DNA of 64,000 nt from Candidatus Eiseniibacteriota bacterium (GTDB taxonomy: Bacteria; Eisenbacteria; RBG-16-71-46), in the NCBI GenBank assembly GCA_963725865.1, contig CAVSAC010000014.1:908378-972377 (forward strand), read 5' to 3'. The translations under genes and the position numbers were made by a program. This document shows, one piece after another, positions 9,585 through 19,893 of this stretch (position 1 is its first letter; every line of letters begins with the position of its first letter). The notes beneath the pieces were generated by a model that did no database searches, was not told the DNA's origin, and was given only the letters and a program-made list of their open reading frames with translations.

Positions 9585-10283
9585 GTGATGGCTCCCCCGT
9601 CGCGCATTCCCCTCTCGCCGGTGGCCGCGCTCGGCGCGGCGCTGCTGATCGCCGGCATCGAGGCGGCACTGCTCGCGCTCGGCCTCGGCGGCGTGCGGGC
9701 GCTGCTGGCGAGCCCGCCCGCGCTGGGGTTGATCGCCACCTGGGCCACGAGCGGCGCGGTGCTGGCCGCGCTGCGCCCGCTGCGCGGCCAGGACGTCACC
9801 GAGCGCCCGCCGGGGCAGGCGTTCCTGCTGGCGGCGCTGCTGGTGATCCCGCTGTTCACGCCCGCGCTGTGCGCGTGGGCGGCCCGGCTCGGCGTCTGGC
9901 CGCTGCCCGGCGGCGCGGCGCGCGCCTGGAGCGGCGTCGCGCTGGCGGCCGCCGGGCTCGCGCTCCGCATCGCCGCGATGGCCCGGCTGGGGCCGCGCTT
10001 CGCGCCGACGGTGGCGCTGCAGCGCGACCACGCGCTCGAGATGCGCGGCCTCTACGCGCTCATCCGCCATCCCGGCTACCTCGGCTCGTGGCTCGCGAAC
10101 CTCGGTGCGGTGCTGGCGCTCGGCAGCGCCGTGGGGCTGGCGAGTGTTCTGCTGTTCGGCCTCGCGCTCGAGGCCCGCATGCGGCGCGAGGAGACGCTGC
10201 TCGCGCGCCGCTTCGGCGCCGACTGGACTGCCTACGCCGCGCGAGTCGGCCGCTGGCTGCCGCGGCCGTGGAGCGGACGCTAG
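9585..10283 (+). CDS. Isoprenylcysteine carboxyl methyltransferase (ICMT/PEMT) family membrane methyltransferase
   Basis: It is multi-TM and shows IRHPGYLG and EE..L...FG..W..Y motifs near the C-terminus. Confidence 0.6.
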   Translation: MMAPPSRIPLSPVAALGAALLIAGIEAALLALGLGGVRALLASPPALGLIATWATSGAVLAALRPLRGQDVTERPPGQAFLLAALLVIPLFTPALCAWAARLGVWPLPGGAARAWSGVALAAAGLALRIAAMARLGPRFAPTVALQRDHALEMRGLYALIRHPGYLGSWLANLGAVLALGSAVGLASVLLFGLALEARMRREETLLARRFGADWTAYAARVGRWLPRPWSGR

Positions 10284-10349
10284 CCGCCTGCGAATGCCCG
10301 GGTGCGGTCCGCAGTTGGCGCGCCCGCGGTCGTCCGCTATCCTGCCGCC

Positions 10350-11021
10350 GTGCGTCTCTACTACCACGTCATGTCGGCCCCCGCACCGCTGGGCCTGCTG
10401 TTCCTGGCGCTCGGGGAGCGCGGGCTGCGCCACCTGGTGTTCATGGAGCGCAAGAGCCTCAAGCGCGTGATCGCCGCACTCTCGCCGGCCAACCCGGGCG
10501 CCGAGTGGCAACCCTCGCTGCTGGAGCTCAAGCCGGTCGTCGATCAGCTCGACGGCTATTTCTGCGGCACGCTCTCGCGTTTCGACCTGCGACTCGATCC
10601 GCAGGGCTCGGAGTTCCAGCTCGCGGTGTGGAAGGAGCTGCGCCGCATCCCCCACGCCGAGACGCGCTCGTACGGCGACATCGCGAAGGCGATCGGCCAG
10701 CCCAAGGCGGCGCGCGCGGTGGGGTTGGCGAACAACCAGAACCCGCTCCCGATCATCGTGCCCTGCCACCGCGTGATCGGCGCCGACGGCAGCCTGACCG
10801 GCTACGGCGGCGGGTTGCCCAGGAAGCGCTGGCTGCTCGCGCACGAGCATCGCTTCGCGGAGCTGACCGCGCGCAGCGAGCCGATCCTGGTGGCCTCCTC
10901 GCGCCCCGCACCGCTGCCCGGCCCGCTCGCGGCCGCGAAGAAGAAGCCCCCGCGCCGCCGCACCGTGCGCACGATCGAGAGCGTCGTGCGGCCCGCGAAG
11001 AGCGCCAAGCCCGCGCGCTGA
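10350..11021 (+). CDS. ogt: Methylated-DNA--protein-cysteine methyltransferase (Ogt/MGMT) with a Lys/Arg-rich C-terminal extension
   Basis: It has the IIVPCHRVIGADGSLTGYGGGL active-site PCHR motif. The tail is AAAKKKPPRRRTVRTIESVVRPAKSAKPAR. The start is GTG at 10350, or ATG at 10371. Confidence 0.8.
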   Translation: MRLYYHVMSAPAPLGLLFLALGERGLRHLVFMERKSLKRVIAALSPANPGAEWQPSLLELKPVVDQLDGYFCGTLSRFDLRLDPQGSEFQLAVWKELRRIPHAETRSYGDIAKAIGQPKAARAVGLANNQNPLPIIVPCHRVIGADGSLTGYGGGLPRKRWLLAHEHRFAELTARSEPILVASSRPAPLPGPLAAAKKKPPRRRTVRTIESVVRPAKSAKPAR

Positions 11022-11061
11022 ACACCGCTGGCCGCGTGGCTCGCGCGCTACCGCTCCGCAC

Positions 11062-12072
11062 TCACCCCGCGAAGTGGTCGAACCCGGCACCCGGCAGCGG
11101 GCGGCGTCGGCCGTCCGGCTCGAGCAGCGTCAGCACTCCCGGCGCATCCGTGAGCCGGCCGAGGATGTGGAACGGCACCGCGGCCTCGGCGGCCACCGCC
11201 TCGGCGTCGGCGCGCTTGGCGGGATCGAGCGCCAGCAGCAGCTCGTAGTCGTCGCTGGGCCCGTAGCGCAGCGCCTCGAGCGGGAGCCCGAGCGCCTCGG
11301 CCGCACGCTCGAGCGCGTCGTCGCGCGGCCACTCCTCGGCCAGCACGGTCGCGCCGGTGCCGCTCGCCTCGCATAGGTGCGCGAGGTCGCCGGCGAAGCC
11401 ATCTGAGAGATCCACGCACGCGGTCACCGCCTCGCGCGCCGCCAGCGCGAGCGCGAAGCCGACCCGCGCCTGCGGCGCGCACCACGCCTCGATCAGCGGC
11501 GCGAAGCCGCCGTTGCGGGCGCCCTCGCCCTGCGCGAGTGCGAGCCGCAGCCCGGCGCCGGCGCGGCCGGGATGGCCGGTCACCGCGAGCAGGTCGCCGG
11601 GGCGCCCGCCGTGGCGCGTCCACACCTTCCCGCGCGGGGCGGTGCCGAGCAGCGTGAGGCTCATCCACTCCGCGCCCTCGACCGCGGTCAGGTTGCCGCC
11701 GACCACCGCGGCCTGGTGCGCGGCGAGGGATTCGACCAGGCCGTCCTGCAGCTCGACCAGCGCGTCCACGTCGTGCTCGCGGCGCACGCCGAGCGACAGC
11801 AGCGCCCAGCGCGGTGTAGCCGCCATCGCGGCGAGGTCGCTCAGGTTGGCGTGCGCGAGCCGCGCGCCGATCACGCGCGGGCTCATCCACGCCGCCAGCA
11901 CGTGGCGGCCCTCGACGAACGCGTCGGTGGTGGCGACGATGTCGTCGCGCGAGGTGACGCGCAGCACCGCGGCGTCGTCGCCGGCGCCCACGATCACGCC
12001 GGCGACCGGGATCCGCCGCGCGGTGAGCCGGCGGATGACCTCGAACTCCCCGACGTCAGCGAGCCGTGGCAT
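11062..12072 (-). CDS. thiL: Thiamine-monophosphate kinase
   Basis: It starts [16 protein letters not shown], matching the ThiL N-terminus (xxGEFxLI), and has the AIR synthase-related PurM-like fold signature DDAAVL...TTD. It is 336 aa. Confidence 0.75.
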   Translation of the reverse strand: MPRLADVGEFEVIRRLTARRIPVAGVIVGAGDDAAVLRVTSRDDIVATTDAFVEGRHVLAAWMSPRVIGARLAHANLSDLAAMAATPRWALLSLGVRREHDVDALVELQDGLVESLAAHQAAVVGGNLTAVEGAEWMSLTLLGTAPRGKVWTRHGGRPGDLLAVTGHPGRAGAGLRLALAQGEGARNGGFAPLIEAWCAPQARVGFALALAAREAVTACVDLSDGFAGDLAHLCEASGTGATVLAEEWPRDDALERAAEALGLPLEALRYGPSDDYELLLALDPAKRADAEAVAAEAAVPFHILGRLTDAPGVLTLLEPDGRRRPLPGAGFDHFAG

Positions 12073-13281
12073 CGGCGATGTCTCCTCGTCCGGAGTGGCG
12101 CCGGCAGCAGCACGACGAACACCAGCGCCGCGATCAGCGCCAGCGCGGCGCCGACCCCGAACGTGGCGCGCGCCCCGTGATGGTCCCACAGCCACCCCGC
12201 GAGCACGCTCGCCGGCAGCAGCGCGAGCCCGACCACGGTGTGGTAGATGCCGTACACGGTGCCGCGGCGGTCGGCGTCGACCAGGTCGGCGAGCAGGCTG
12301 CGCTGCGACACCTCGATCAGCGCGCTGTGCACGCCGTACACCACCAGCGCCGCCAGCACCAGCGCGGGGGCCGCGCTCCAGGCGAACAGGCCGTACACGA
12401 CGGCGTACAGCAGGTACGCCGCGAGCAGCAGCGGACGGCGTCCGATGCGGTCGGACAGCGCGCCGGCCGGCAGGCTGAGCCCGGCGTACACCAGGTTGTA
12501 GAGCAGGTACGCCAGCGGCACCGCGGCGACCGCCATGCCGCCCTCGCGCGCCCGCAGCATCACGAACGCGATGCTGCTGTTGCCGAGCTGGAACAGCCCG
12601 TCGGCGATCAGGAAGCGCTTCACGGTCGCCGGCAGCGCGCGGAACTCCAGATGCAGCGCGCGGGTCTCGGACCTCGGCACGCGGCGCGGCGCGCGCACGA
12701 ACATCGCGAGCACCACGAGCGAGAGCGCGGCCGGGATCGCGGAGCACCAGGAAGATGCGCCGGAACCCGTCCGGCCACCGCGCCAGCAGCGCGAACGCCA
12801 CCAGCGGCCCGATCGCGGCGCCCAGCGTGTCGAGCCCGCGGTGCAGCCCGAACGCGCGCCCGCGCCACGCCGGGGCGACCGAATCGGCCAGCAGGGCGTC
12901 GCGCGGCGGGCTGCGCAGTCCCTTGCCGACGCGGTCGGCGAAGCGCAGGCCCAGCACGCTGGCCCACGAGCCGGCGAGCGCGAACAGCGTCTTCGCCACG
13001 CCCGAGAGCCCATAGCCGAACACGAGGAACGGCTTGCGGCGGCCGATGCGGTCCGACAGCCAGCCGGAGGTGAGCCGCAGCAGCGACGCGGTGCTCTCGG
13101 CGACGCCCTCGATGATGCCGAGGCTCGCGACCGAGGCGTGCAGCACGCCGGTCACGAACAGCGGCAGCACCGGCACGATCATCTCGGACGACACGTCGGT
13201 CAGCAGCGACGTGACGCCGAGCGCCCACACGTTGCGGGTGAGGCCGGGCTGCGGCGCGGGCTCGGGGTCGATGGTCGCCAT
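11994..13281 (-). pseudogene. MFS transporter gene interrupted by a 1-nt frameshift near 12741. The N-terminal 180 aa are in one frame and the C-terminal half, from ...[14 protein letters not shown], is in the +1 frame
   Basis: The N-terminal part [10 protein letters not shown]...[10 protein letters not shown] reads cleanly to about 12742 and then becomes Arg-rich junk. A second ORF, 11994..13013, begins with junk and becomes a clean MFS C-terminal half (TM helices; SDRIGRRP...). The two halves join at ttcctggtgctc|c|gcgatcccg. The C-terminus overlaps the thiL start by 79 nt. Confidence 0.55.
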
Positions 13282-13460
13282 GGGCGCGCGAGCCTAGCAC
13301 GGATGCGCGCGCCGTCCGCCCATCGCGGCCATTGACAGCCCCGCTGACGGGGCGGATGCTCCTCGGGTCGGCGGTGGCACCATCCGGGCGCCCCGAGCCT
13401 CAGCGGTGGCCCCCACCGACGCCGTCGCCCCTCCGGGGCCGCACCCGCGAGGAGGGCGCC

Positions 13461-15833
13461 ATGCGCTCGCCCCTCACCTCCCGCCGCGTCTCACCGTTCG
13501 ACCTCCTCGTCCTCGCCGGCGCGATCGCCATCGCCGGCACCCTCGCACCCGTCCGCGCCCACGCCGAAGGCGTGTGGCAGCAACTCCTCGTCCCGGGCCC
13601 CCGCACCGCCCTCTCGGCGATCCGCGAGTCCTCCACCGGGCGCATCATCGTGTTCTCGCTCGGCCAGGCCTGGGCGCTGGCGCCCGGCCCGAGCAGCGTC
13701 TGGGTCCAGCTCCAGCCCACGGGCGGCGGTCCCGGGACCCGCGGTGGATGCAGCGTCATCTACGACTCGCCGCGCAATCGCCTGGTCGTGTTCGGCGGAC
13801 AGACCAAGCTCGCGCGCTCCAACGAGGCCTGGGCGCTCTCGCTCGCCGATCCACCGGCGTGGACGCTGCTCGCCCCCACCGGCACGCCACCCTCGGGGCG
13901 CACCGGGCACTCCGCGATCCTCGACGCGCCGCGCCAGCGCATGATCGTGTTCGGTGGCAACGACGGCTCGGTCAAGAACGACGTGTGGTCGCTCACGCTC
14001 TCGGGCACGCCGGCGTGGACCCAGCTGTCGCCGGCGGGAGTCGGTCCGCCGGTGGCGCGCGAGCTGCACAGCGCGGTCTACATGAGCGCCAGTCAGCTCA
14101 TGCTGGTCTTCGGCGGCCGCAACTCGGCCGGCACCCCGCGCAACGACACCTGGGCGCTCTCGCTCTCGGGCACGGTGGCCTGGGGCACGCCCGGCGGACT
14201 GATCGGTCCCGCGACGCGCTACGGCCACAGCGCGGTGATGGACCCCGATGGCACCCGCATGCTCGTCTACGGCGGCACCGGCTCCGCGGGCACGCCGCTC
14301 GGCGACGTGCAGTCGCTGCACTGGAGCCCGTCCTACGCGTGGTCCGAGCTCACCCCCTCGCAGCCGCCGCCCGAGGCGCGGTCGCGTCACGCGGCGGTGG
14401 CCGATCCCGGCACCGGGATGATGGTGCTCATCGGCGGCACCGGGGCCTCGGGTACTGCGCTCGGGGACGTGTGGGCGATGCGGTTCGTGACCCCGTACTG
14501 GGCGCGCTGGTGGGTGGAGGAGAACTCCGTGCTCCCGCGCCGCTCGGGTCACTCGGCGGTGCTCGACGCCGCGCGCCAGCGCATCCTGGTGTTCGGCGGC
14601 TTCCACTACCTCTTCCCGTCGGATTCGGCGTACAACGACGTCTGGGCGTTCTCGCTCGGCGCCACGCCGGGGTGGACCAAGCTGACCCCCGCGGGCACGC
14701 CGCCCGCTCCGCGCGCGTTCCACACCGCGATCATGGACCCGCTACGCGATCGCATGATCGTCCATGGCGGGAACTGCTACTCCACGATCGGGTGGTACCT
14801 GACCGACGACGTCTGGCAACTCTCGCTCTCCGGCACGCCCACCTGGAGCGCGATCACGACCGGGGGCTCGAACAACCCGTGGCCGGCGATGCGGGAGCGC
14901 GCGGTCTACGATCCGGTCGGCGACTGCATGTGGGTGTATGGCGGTGACGACATCTGGACCACTCGCGAGTTCGTCTGGAATCTGCCGCTCGGTGGGGCTG
15001 CCAACTGGTCCCTGTTGGAGACCCCGAGCAGCTCGCCGCGGTTCCGGCGCGGGCATTCGGCGGTGTACGACCCCGAGAACCGTCGCATGCTGGTGTTCGG
15101 CGGGCTCGCCGATGGCTTCGACCACTACGGCAACCCGGTGAAGGTGTCGCTCGACGATGCCTGGCGGTTCCGCGCCGACGTCGTGGACACATCGTGGATC
15201 GAGGTCGGGCCCGCGAGCGCTTCGCCGACTCCGCGCTCGCGGCACGCGGCCGCCGTCGACGTGCCGCGGAACCGGATGCTGGTGTACGGCGGCATGGACT
15301 CGGTCGGCGGGACGATGGCGGACGTGGTCGCCATGCCGCTGCCCGCGCTCGCGCCGCCGAGCTGGCAGACGCTGGTCCCGTCCGGCGGCCCGCCGCTGGC
15401 CCGCTACGACCACACGCTGGTCTACGACCCGATGAACGACCGGATGCTCGTGATCGGGGGCATTGGCGCCTCGCTGTACAACGACGAGCTGTGCGACGTC
15501 TGGCAGCTGTCGTTGGCCGGGATCGCGGGAGTCGAGCCCGCGCCCGCGGTGCCGCGACGCTTCGCATTCGCCGCGGCGCGGCCCAATCCGGCGCGCGGCG
15601 AGGTCGCGTTCGAGCTCGTGCTTCCGACGGATGGCCCGGTGACGCTGCGCATGTTCGACGTCGCCGGCCGCGCGGTGCGCACCCTGGCGGCGCGTCCATT
15701 CACGGCCGGTCGCGTCAGCCTGAGCTGGGATGGCCGCGACGACGGTGGAGCGGCGGTGGCGCCCGGCGTCTACCTGTGCGAGGCGCGCGCCGGCACCGAG
15801 CGCGCTACCCGGCGCGTGGTGATGCTGCGTTAG
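13461..15833 (+). CDS. Secreted Kelch-repeat beta-propeller protein with a C-terminal T9SS type-A / FlgD-Ig-like sorting domain
   Basis: A GGAGGG RBS sits 5 nt upstream. It has a signal peptide ending AHAEG. Many Kelch-like repeats recur (xRxxHSAVxDxxxxRMxVFGG...DVWxLSL). The C-terminus reads PNPARGEVAFELVLPTDGPVTLRMFDVAGRAVRTL...GVYLCEARAGT...RRVVMLR. Confidence 0.75.
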   Translation: MRSPLTSRRVSPFDLLVLAGAIAIAGTLAPVRAHAEGVWQQLLVPGPRTALSAIRESSTGRIIVFSLGQAWALAPGPSSVWVQLQPTGGGPGTRGGCSVIYDSPRNRLVVFGGQTKLARSNEAWALSLADPPAWTLLAPTGTPPSGRTGHSAILDAPRQRMIVFGGNDGSVKNDVWSLTLSGTPAWTQLSPAGVGPPVARELHSAVYMSASQLMLVFGGRNSAGTPRNDTWALSLSGTVAWGTPGGLIGPATRYGHSAVMDPDGTRMLVYGGTGSAGTPLGDVQSLHWSPSYAWSELTPSQPPPEARSRHAAVADPGTGMMVLIGGTGASGTALGDVWAMRFVTPYWARWWVEENSVLPRRSGHSAVLDAARQRILVFGGFHYLFPSDSAYNDVWAFSLGATPGWTKLTPAGTPPAPRAFHTAIMDPLRDRMIVHGGNCYSTIGWYLTDDVWQLSLSGTPTWSAITTGGSNNPWPAMRERAVYDPVGDCMWVYGGDDIWTTREFVWNLPLGGAANWSLLETPSSSPRFRRGHSAVYDPENRRMLVFGGLADGFDHYGNPVKVSLDDAWRFRADVVDTSWIEVGPASASPTPRSRHAAAVDVPRNRMLVYGGMDSVGGTMADVVAMPLPALAPPSWQTLVPSGGPPLARYDHTLVYDPMNDRMLVIGGIGASLYNDELCDVWQLSLAGIAGVEPAPAVPRRFAFAAARPNPARGEVAFELVLPTDGPVTLRMFDVAGRAVRTLAARPFTAGRVSLSWDGRDDGGAAVAPGVYLCEARAGTERATRRVVMLR

Positions 15834-15920
15834 GGCGGGCTCCGGGCGGCTCGGCGGGGATGTCGAGCGGGGCGCAGCGCGTCTGTTGAGCCGGCCGCGC
15901 CCCGCCCCTATGCTGCGCCC

Positions 15921-16262
15921 ATGTCGCTTCCGGAGCCGCTGGCGCGGCTCGCGCGCGAGTGCGAGATCACGCCCTACAAGTCCTCCGGGCCCGGGGGACA
16001 GAAGAAGAACAAGACCGAATCGAGCGTGCGCGTGCGCCACCTGCCGACCGGGATCGTGCGCATCGCGACCGAAAGCCGGTCCCAGATCGCCAACCGCGAG
16101 ACCGCGCTCGAGCGAGTGTGGCTCGAGCTGCGCCGGCGCGCCCGGCGCCCGAAGCCGCGGGTGAAGACCAGGCCCACGCGCGGCGCGGTCGAGAAGCGGC
16201 TGACCGAGAAGAAGCGCCTCGCGGAACGCAAGCGCGCCCGCGCCACCCGCGACCAGGACTGA
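15921..16262 (+). CDS. arfB: Alternative ribosome-rescue factor / peptidyl-tRNA hydrolase (ArfB/YaeJ-like)
   Basis: It has the SGPGGQKKNKTES GGQ motif and a basic C-terminal tail. It is 113 aa. Confidence 0.85.
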   Translation: MSLPEPLARLARECEITPYKSSGPGGQKKNKTESSVRVRHLPTGIVRIATESRSQIANRETALERVWLELRRRARRPKPRVKTRPTRGAVEKRLTEKKRLAERKRARATRDQD

Positions 16263-16289
16263 AGCCGGCCCGGGGCCGGGATACGACGA

Positions 16290-16321
16290 GGGCCCGGCCA
16301 CCAGGGCCGGGCCCCCTTCGC
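16290..16321. terminator. GC hairpin between the convergent arfB and phoU genes
   Basis: Inverted repeat gggcccggcc acca ggccgggccc. There is no clear U-tract. Confidence 0.25.
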
Positions 16322-16384
16322 GCTCCCCTCTCGCCGAGGGGTCGGCCATACCGGCATCGCGCCGGGGAGCGGCGCGCCGCGGGC

Positions 16385-17083
16385 TCAGGAACGCCCGAAA
16401 TCCTCGTCCTGCGCACCCCGCTCCGCATCCTCGGCGTGGTGCTTGATGACTCGCGCCTCGGCGATGAACACCACCTCCTCGGCCACGTTGGTGGCGAGGT
16501 CGGCGACCCGCTCGAGGTTCCGTGAGACCAGGATGAGTTCCATACCCCGCGAGATGGTCGCCGGGTCCTCGATCATGTAAGTCAATACCTCGCGGAAGAT
16601 CTGGCGGTTGAGGGCGTCCACCTCGTCGTCCCGGCGGACCAGCCGCCGGGCGGTCTCGGCGTCGCGCCGCACGAAGGCATCGAGCGCCTCGTGGAGCATG
16701 CCGCCCGACAGCTCCGCCATCCGCGGGATGTCCACCAGCGGCTTGAGCATGGGCTGCTCCGCGAGCCGCAGCGCGCCGCCGGCGATGTTCACCGCGTGGT
16801 CGCCCACCCGCTCGAGGTCGTTCGAGATCTTGAGCGCCGAGGTGATGAATCGCAGGTCGGTCGCCAGCGGCTGCTGGAGCGCCAGCAGCGACACGCAGCG
16901 CTCCTCGATGTCGAGCTCGTGCCGGTCGATGACCTTGTCCGCCGCGATCACCGCGCGGGCCAGCTCGGGGTCCTGGCGCCGGAGCGCCTCGATCGACTGC
17001 TGGACGATGCTCTCGGCGCGCCCGCCCATGAGGAGCAACTGCTCCTTGAGCGCGTCGAGCTCCTGCACGAAGTGGCGTTCCAC
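16385..17083 (-). CDS. phoU: Phosphate signalling complex protein PhoU
   Basis: It has two PhoU repeats (DLRFITSALKISNDLERVGDHAVNIA and LILVSRNLERVADLATNVAE). The GTG start VERHFVQELDALKEQ matches the PhoU N-terminus. It is the last gene of the pst operon. Confidence 0.85.
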   Translation of the reverse strand: MERHFVQELDALKEQLLLMGGRAESIVQQSIEALRRQDPELARAVIAADKVIDRHELDIEERCVSLLALQQPLATDLRFITSALKISNDLERVGDHAVNIAGGALRLAEQPMLKPLVDIPRMAELSGGMLHEALDAFVRRDAETARRLVRRDDEVDALNRQIFREVLTYMIEDPATISRGMELILVSRNLERVADLATNVAEEVVFIAEARVIKHHAEDAERGAQDEDFGRS

Positions 17084-17106
17084 GGTCCTCCGGTGCCGCG
17101 TTCGGA

Positions 17107-18015
17107 TCAGCCGAAGCGGCCGGTGATGTAGTCCTCGGTCAGCTTGCGCGAGGGGCGCGTGAACAGCGCGGGGGTGAGCCCGTACTCGACCAGCTCGCCG
17201 CTCAGCATGAAGGCCGTGCGATCCGAGACGCGCGCCGCCTGCTGCATGTTGTGGGTGACGACCACCACGGTATAGCGCGCCCGCAGCTCGAGCACCAGCT
17301 CCTCGATGCGGGCGGTCGCGGTGGGGTCGAGCGCCGACGCCGGCTCGTCCATCAGCAGCACCTCGGGCTCCACCGCCAGGCAACGGGCGATGCACAACCG
17401 CTGCTGCTGTCCCCCCGAGAGGGTGAGCGCCGAGCGCTGGAGGCGGTCCTTGACCTCGTCCCACAGCGCCGCGCGGCGCAGGCTGTCCTCGACCCGCCAC
17501 TCGATCGCCGCGCGGTCGGTGACCCCGAGCATGCGAAGGCCGAACGCCACGTTCTCGGCGATCGCCTTGGGGAACGGGTTGGGCCGCTGGAACACCATGC
17601 CGACGCGCCGGCGCAGCTCCACCACGTCGGTGCCGGGAGCCAGCGCTTCCTGGCCCGAGACCCGGATCGCGCCTTCGGTGCGCACGCCCGGGATCAGGTC
17701 GTTCATACGGTTGAACGCGCGCAGCAGCGTGCTCTTGCCACAGCCGGACGGGCCGATGATGGCGGTCACGCTGTTCGCCGGGATCGCGAGCGAGATCGAC
17801 TTCAGCGCCTGGAGCGCGCCGTAGTAGAGGCTGAACTCCCGCGCCTCGAGCCGCGGAGGGGCGCCCGGCGCCGGCGGCGCCGCGTCGGGGCGGGCGGCGG
17901 GCGGCACCGGCGCCGCCAGGCGCGGGCCGCGCTCGCGATCTCGGGTCTCGTCGGGCACCGTCGTGGCCTCCGGGGAATCGACCGGCACGTCAGCTCCTGC
18001 CAGCGAGCCGCGCAC
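17107..18015 (-). CDS. pstB: Phosphate ABC transporter ATP-binding protein PstB with a Pro-rich N-terminal extension
   Basis: It has Walker [10 protein letters not shown], signature LSGGQQQRL, and [16 protein letters not shown], which are PstB hallmarks. An alternative GTG start at 17988 would remove the 26-nt overlap with pstA. Confidence 0.85.
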   Translation of the reverse strand: MRGSLAGADVPVDSPEATTVPDETRDRERGPRLAAPVPPAARPDAAPPAPGAPPRLEAREFSLYYGALQALKSISLAIPANSVTAIIGPSGCGKSTLLRAFNRMNDLIPGVRTEGAIRVSGQEALAPGTDVVELRRRVGMVFQRPNPFPKAIAENVAFGLRMLGVTDRAAIEWRVEDSLRRAALWDEVKDRLQRSALTLSGGQQQRLCIARCLAVEPEVLLMDEPASALDPTATARIEELVLELRARYTVVVVTHNMQQAARVSDRTAFMLSGELVEYGLTPALFTRPSRKLTEDYITGRFG

Positions 18016-18937
18016 GCAGGCGCGAGCGGATCAGGATGGCGGTCAGATTGAGAAGGAGCGTGAGCAGCAGCAGCACCAGCACGGTGCCGTAGAGCAGGGG
18101 CCGGGTGGCGTCGACGTCGGGGGACTGGGTGGCCATCACGAACACGTGGTAGCCCAGCTCCATGAACTGGTCGGTCGGCGAGGTGGGCAGGTAGGGCAGG
18201 AAGTACGCGGCGCCGGTGAACAGGATCGGCGCCACCTCACCCGCTCCGCGCGCCACCGACAGGATGGCGCCGGTGAGGATGCCGGGCAGCGCCTGCGGCA
18301 GCAGCACGTGCCACAGCGTCTGCCAGCGCGAGGCGCCGAGCGCGAGCGCGGCCTCGCGCTGCTCGCGCGGCACGGTGCGCAGCGCCTCCTCGGTGGTCAC
18401 GATCACGACCGGCAGGTTCAGCAGCGCGAGCGTCATCGCCGCCCACATCAGGCACGGCTGGCCCCAGACCACGTCGAGCCCGAGCGCGCGGTCCATCCCG
18501 CGACCCACGAACTGGACGAAGAAACCAAGGCCGAACAATCCGAACACGATGCTCGGCACCCCCGCGAGGTTGTTCACCGCGAAGCGCACCAGTCGCGTGA
18601 ACCACGCGTCGGCCCGCGCGTATTCGTGCAGGTAGAGGGCGGCACCCACGCCGAACGGCACCAGCGCCACCACCATGAGCAGCACCAGTGCGGCGGTGCC
18701 GAACAGCGCCGGGAAGATGCCGCCCTGCGTCATGCCCGCGCGCGGCGCCGCGGTGAGGAACTCCCACGTCACGGTCCGCCAGCCGAACCACAGGATGTTC
18801 GCCAGGATCACCGCCACCATCACCACGATCAGCAGCGCGGCCAGGCCCGACAGCCCGCTGAGCCCGCGCCCGGCGAGGTCGGCGCGCCGGGCGCGGGGCA
18901 GCGGTGCGAGCGCGGGGCGCAGCGACGCGGTGCTCAT
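17990..18937 (-). CDS. pstA: Phosphate ABC transporter permease PstA
   Basis: It is a multi-TM protein with the [13 protein letters not shown] permease motif and a GGGAGG RBS. Its ATG overlaps the pstC stop (ATGA). Confidence 0.85.
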   Translation of the reverse strand: MSTASLRPALAPLPRARRADLAGRGLSGLSGLAALLIVVMVAVILANILWFGWRTVTWEFLTAAPRAGMTQGGIFPALFGTAALVLLMVVALVPFGVGAALYLHEYARADAWFTRLVRFAVNNLAGVPSIVFGLFGLGFFVQFVGRGMDRALGLDVVWGQPCLMWAAMTLALLNLPVVIVTTEEALRTVPREQREAALALGASRWQTLWHVLLPQALPGILTGAILSVARGAGEVAPILFTGAAYFLPYLPTSPTDQFMELGYHVFVMATQSPDVDATRPLLYGTVLVLLLLTLLLNLTAILIRSRLRARLAGRS

Positions 18938-19893
18938 GCGCCTCCCAGGCTCCTGCGCAGGCGGTCCACGAACAACCCGGCGGCGACGTTGATCACGAAC
19001 GTGATGGCGAACAGGAGCGCGCCAAGGAAGAAGAGCACGGAGTAGTGCGCGCTCCCGAACACCACCTCGGCCAGCTCCGCGGCGATGCTGGCCGACAGCG
19101 TGCGGACCGAGTCGAAGGGGCTGCCCGAGACGATGGCCGCGTTGCCCGAGGCCATCAGCACGATCATGGTCTCGCCGACCGCGCGCGCCAGCCCGAGCAG
19201 CACGCCCGCCGCCACGCCGGCCGAGGCTGCGGGCAGCACCACGTGCCACGCCGTCTGCCACGGCGTCGCCCCGAGCGCGAGCGACGCCTCGCGGTAGGAC
19301 TTCGGCACCGCGCGCAGGGCGTCCTCGGCGATCGTGAACAGCGTCGGCAGCACGCCGAGCCCGAGCGCGATCCCGGCGACCACGGCATTGAGGCGCGAGG
19401 TCGCGCCGGTCACCGACTGCACCCAGGTCGCGAGCACCATCAGTCCGAAGAAGCCGAGCACCACCGACGGGATCCCCGCCAGCAGCTCGACCGCCGGCTT
19501 CAGCGCCTCGCGCACGCGGGGAGGCGCGAACTCCGACGCGAACAGCGCCGCGAGCACCCCGACCGGAGTGGCGAACAGCATCGCCACCACCACGACCTTG
19601 AAGGTCCCGACCAGGAGCGGCAGCAGCCCGTACTTGGGCACCGTGCCCACCGGCTGCCACACGTCGGTGGCGACCAGCCGCGACAGCCCGGCCTCCGCGC
19701 GGATCGCGGGATCGGTGAGCACCGGCAGCGCCTCGCGCAGCACGAACACCACGATCAAGGCCAGCCCCGCGACGGCGCCGAACGCGCACACCCGCAGCAG
19801 CCCCGCGAGCACCGCCTCCTGCACCCGGCGCGCCCGGCGCGCGACGGCGCCGGGGACCAGCAGCGCGGGAGCGGGGCGCAGGGCGTCGGACAT
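18934..19893 (-). CDS. pstC: Phosphate ABC transporter permease PstC
   Basis: It is a multi-TM protein with the EASLALGATPWQT permease motif. Its start overlaps the pstS stop (TGATG). Confidence 0.85.
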   Translation of the reverse strand: MSDALRPAPALLVPGAVARRARRVQEAVLAGLLRVCAFGAVAGLALIVVFVLREALPVLTDPAIRAEAGLSRLVATDVWQPVGTVPKYGLLPLLVGTFKVVVVAMLFATPVGVLAALFASEFAPPRVREALKPAVELLAGIPSVVLGFFGLMVLATWVQSVTGATSRLNAVVAGIALGLGVLPTLFTIAEDALRAVPKSYREASLALGATPWQTAWHVVLPAASAGVAAGVLLGLARAVGETMIVLMASGNAAIVSGSPFDSVRTLSASIAAELAEVVFGSAHYSVLFFLGALLFAITFVINVAAGLFVDRLRRSLGGA

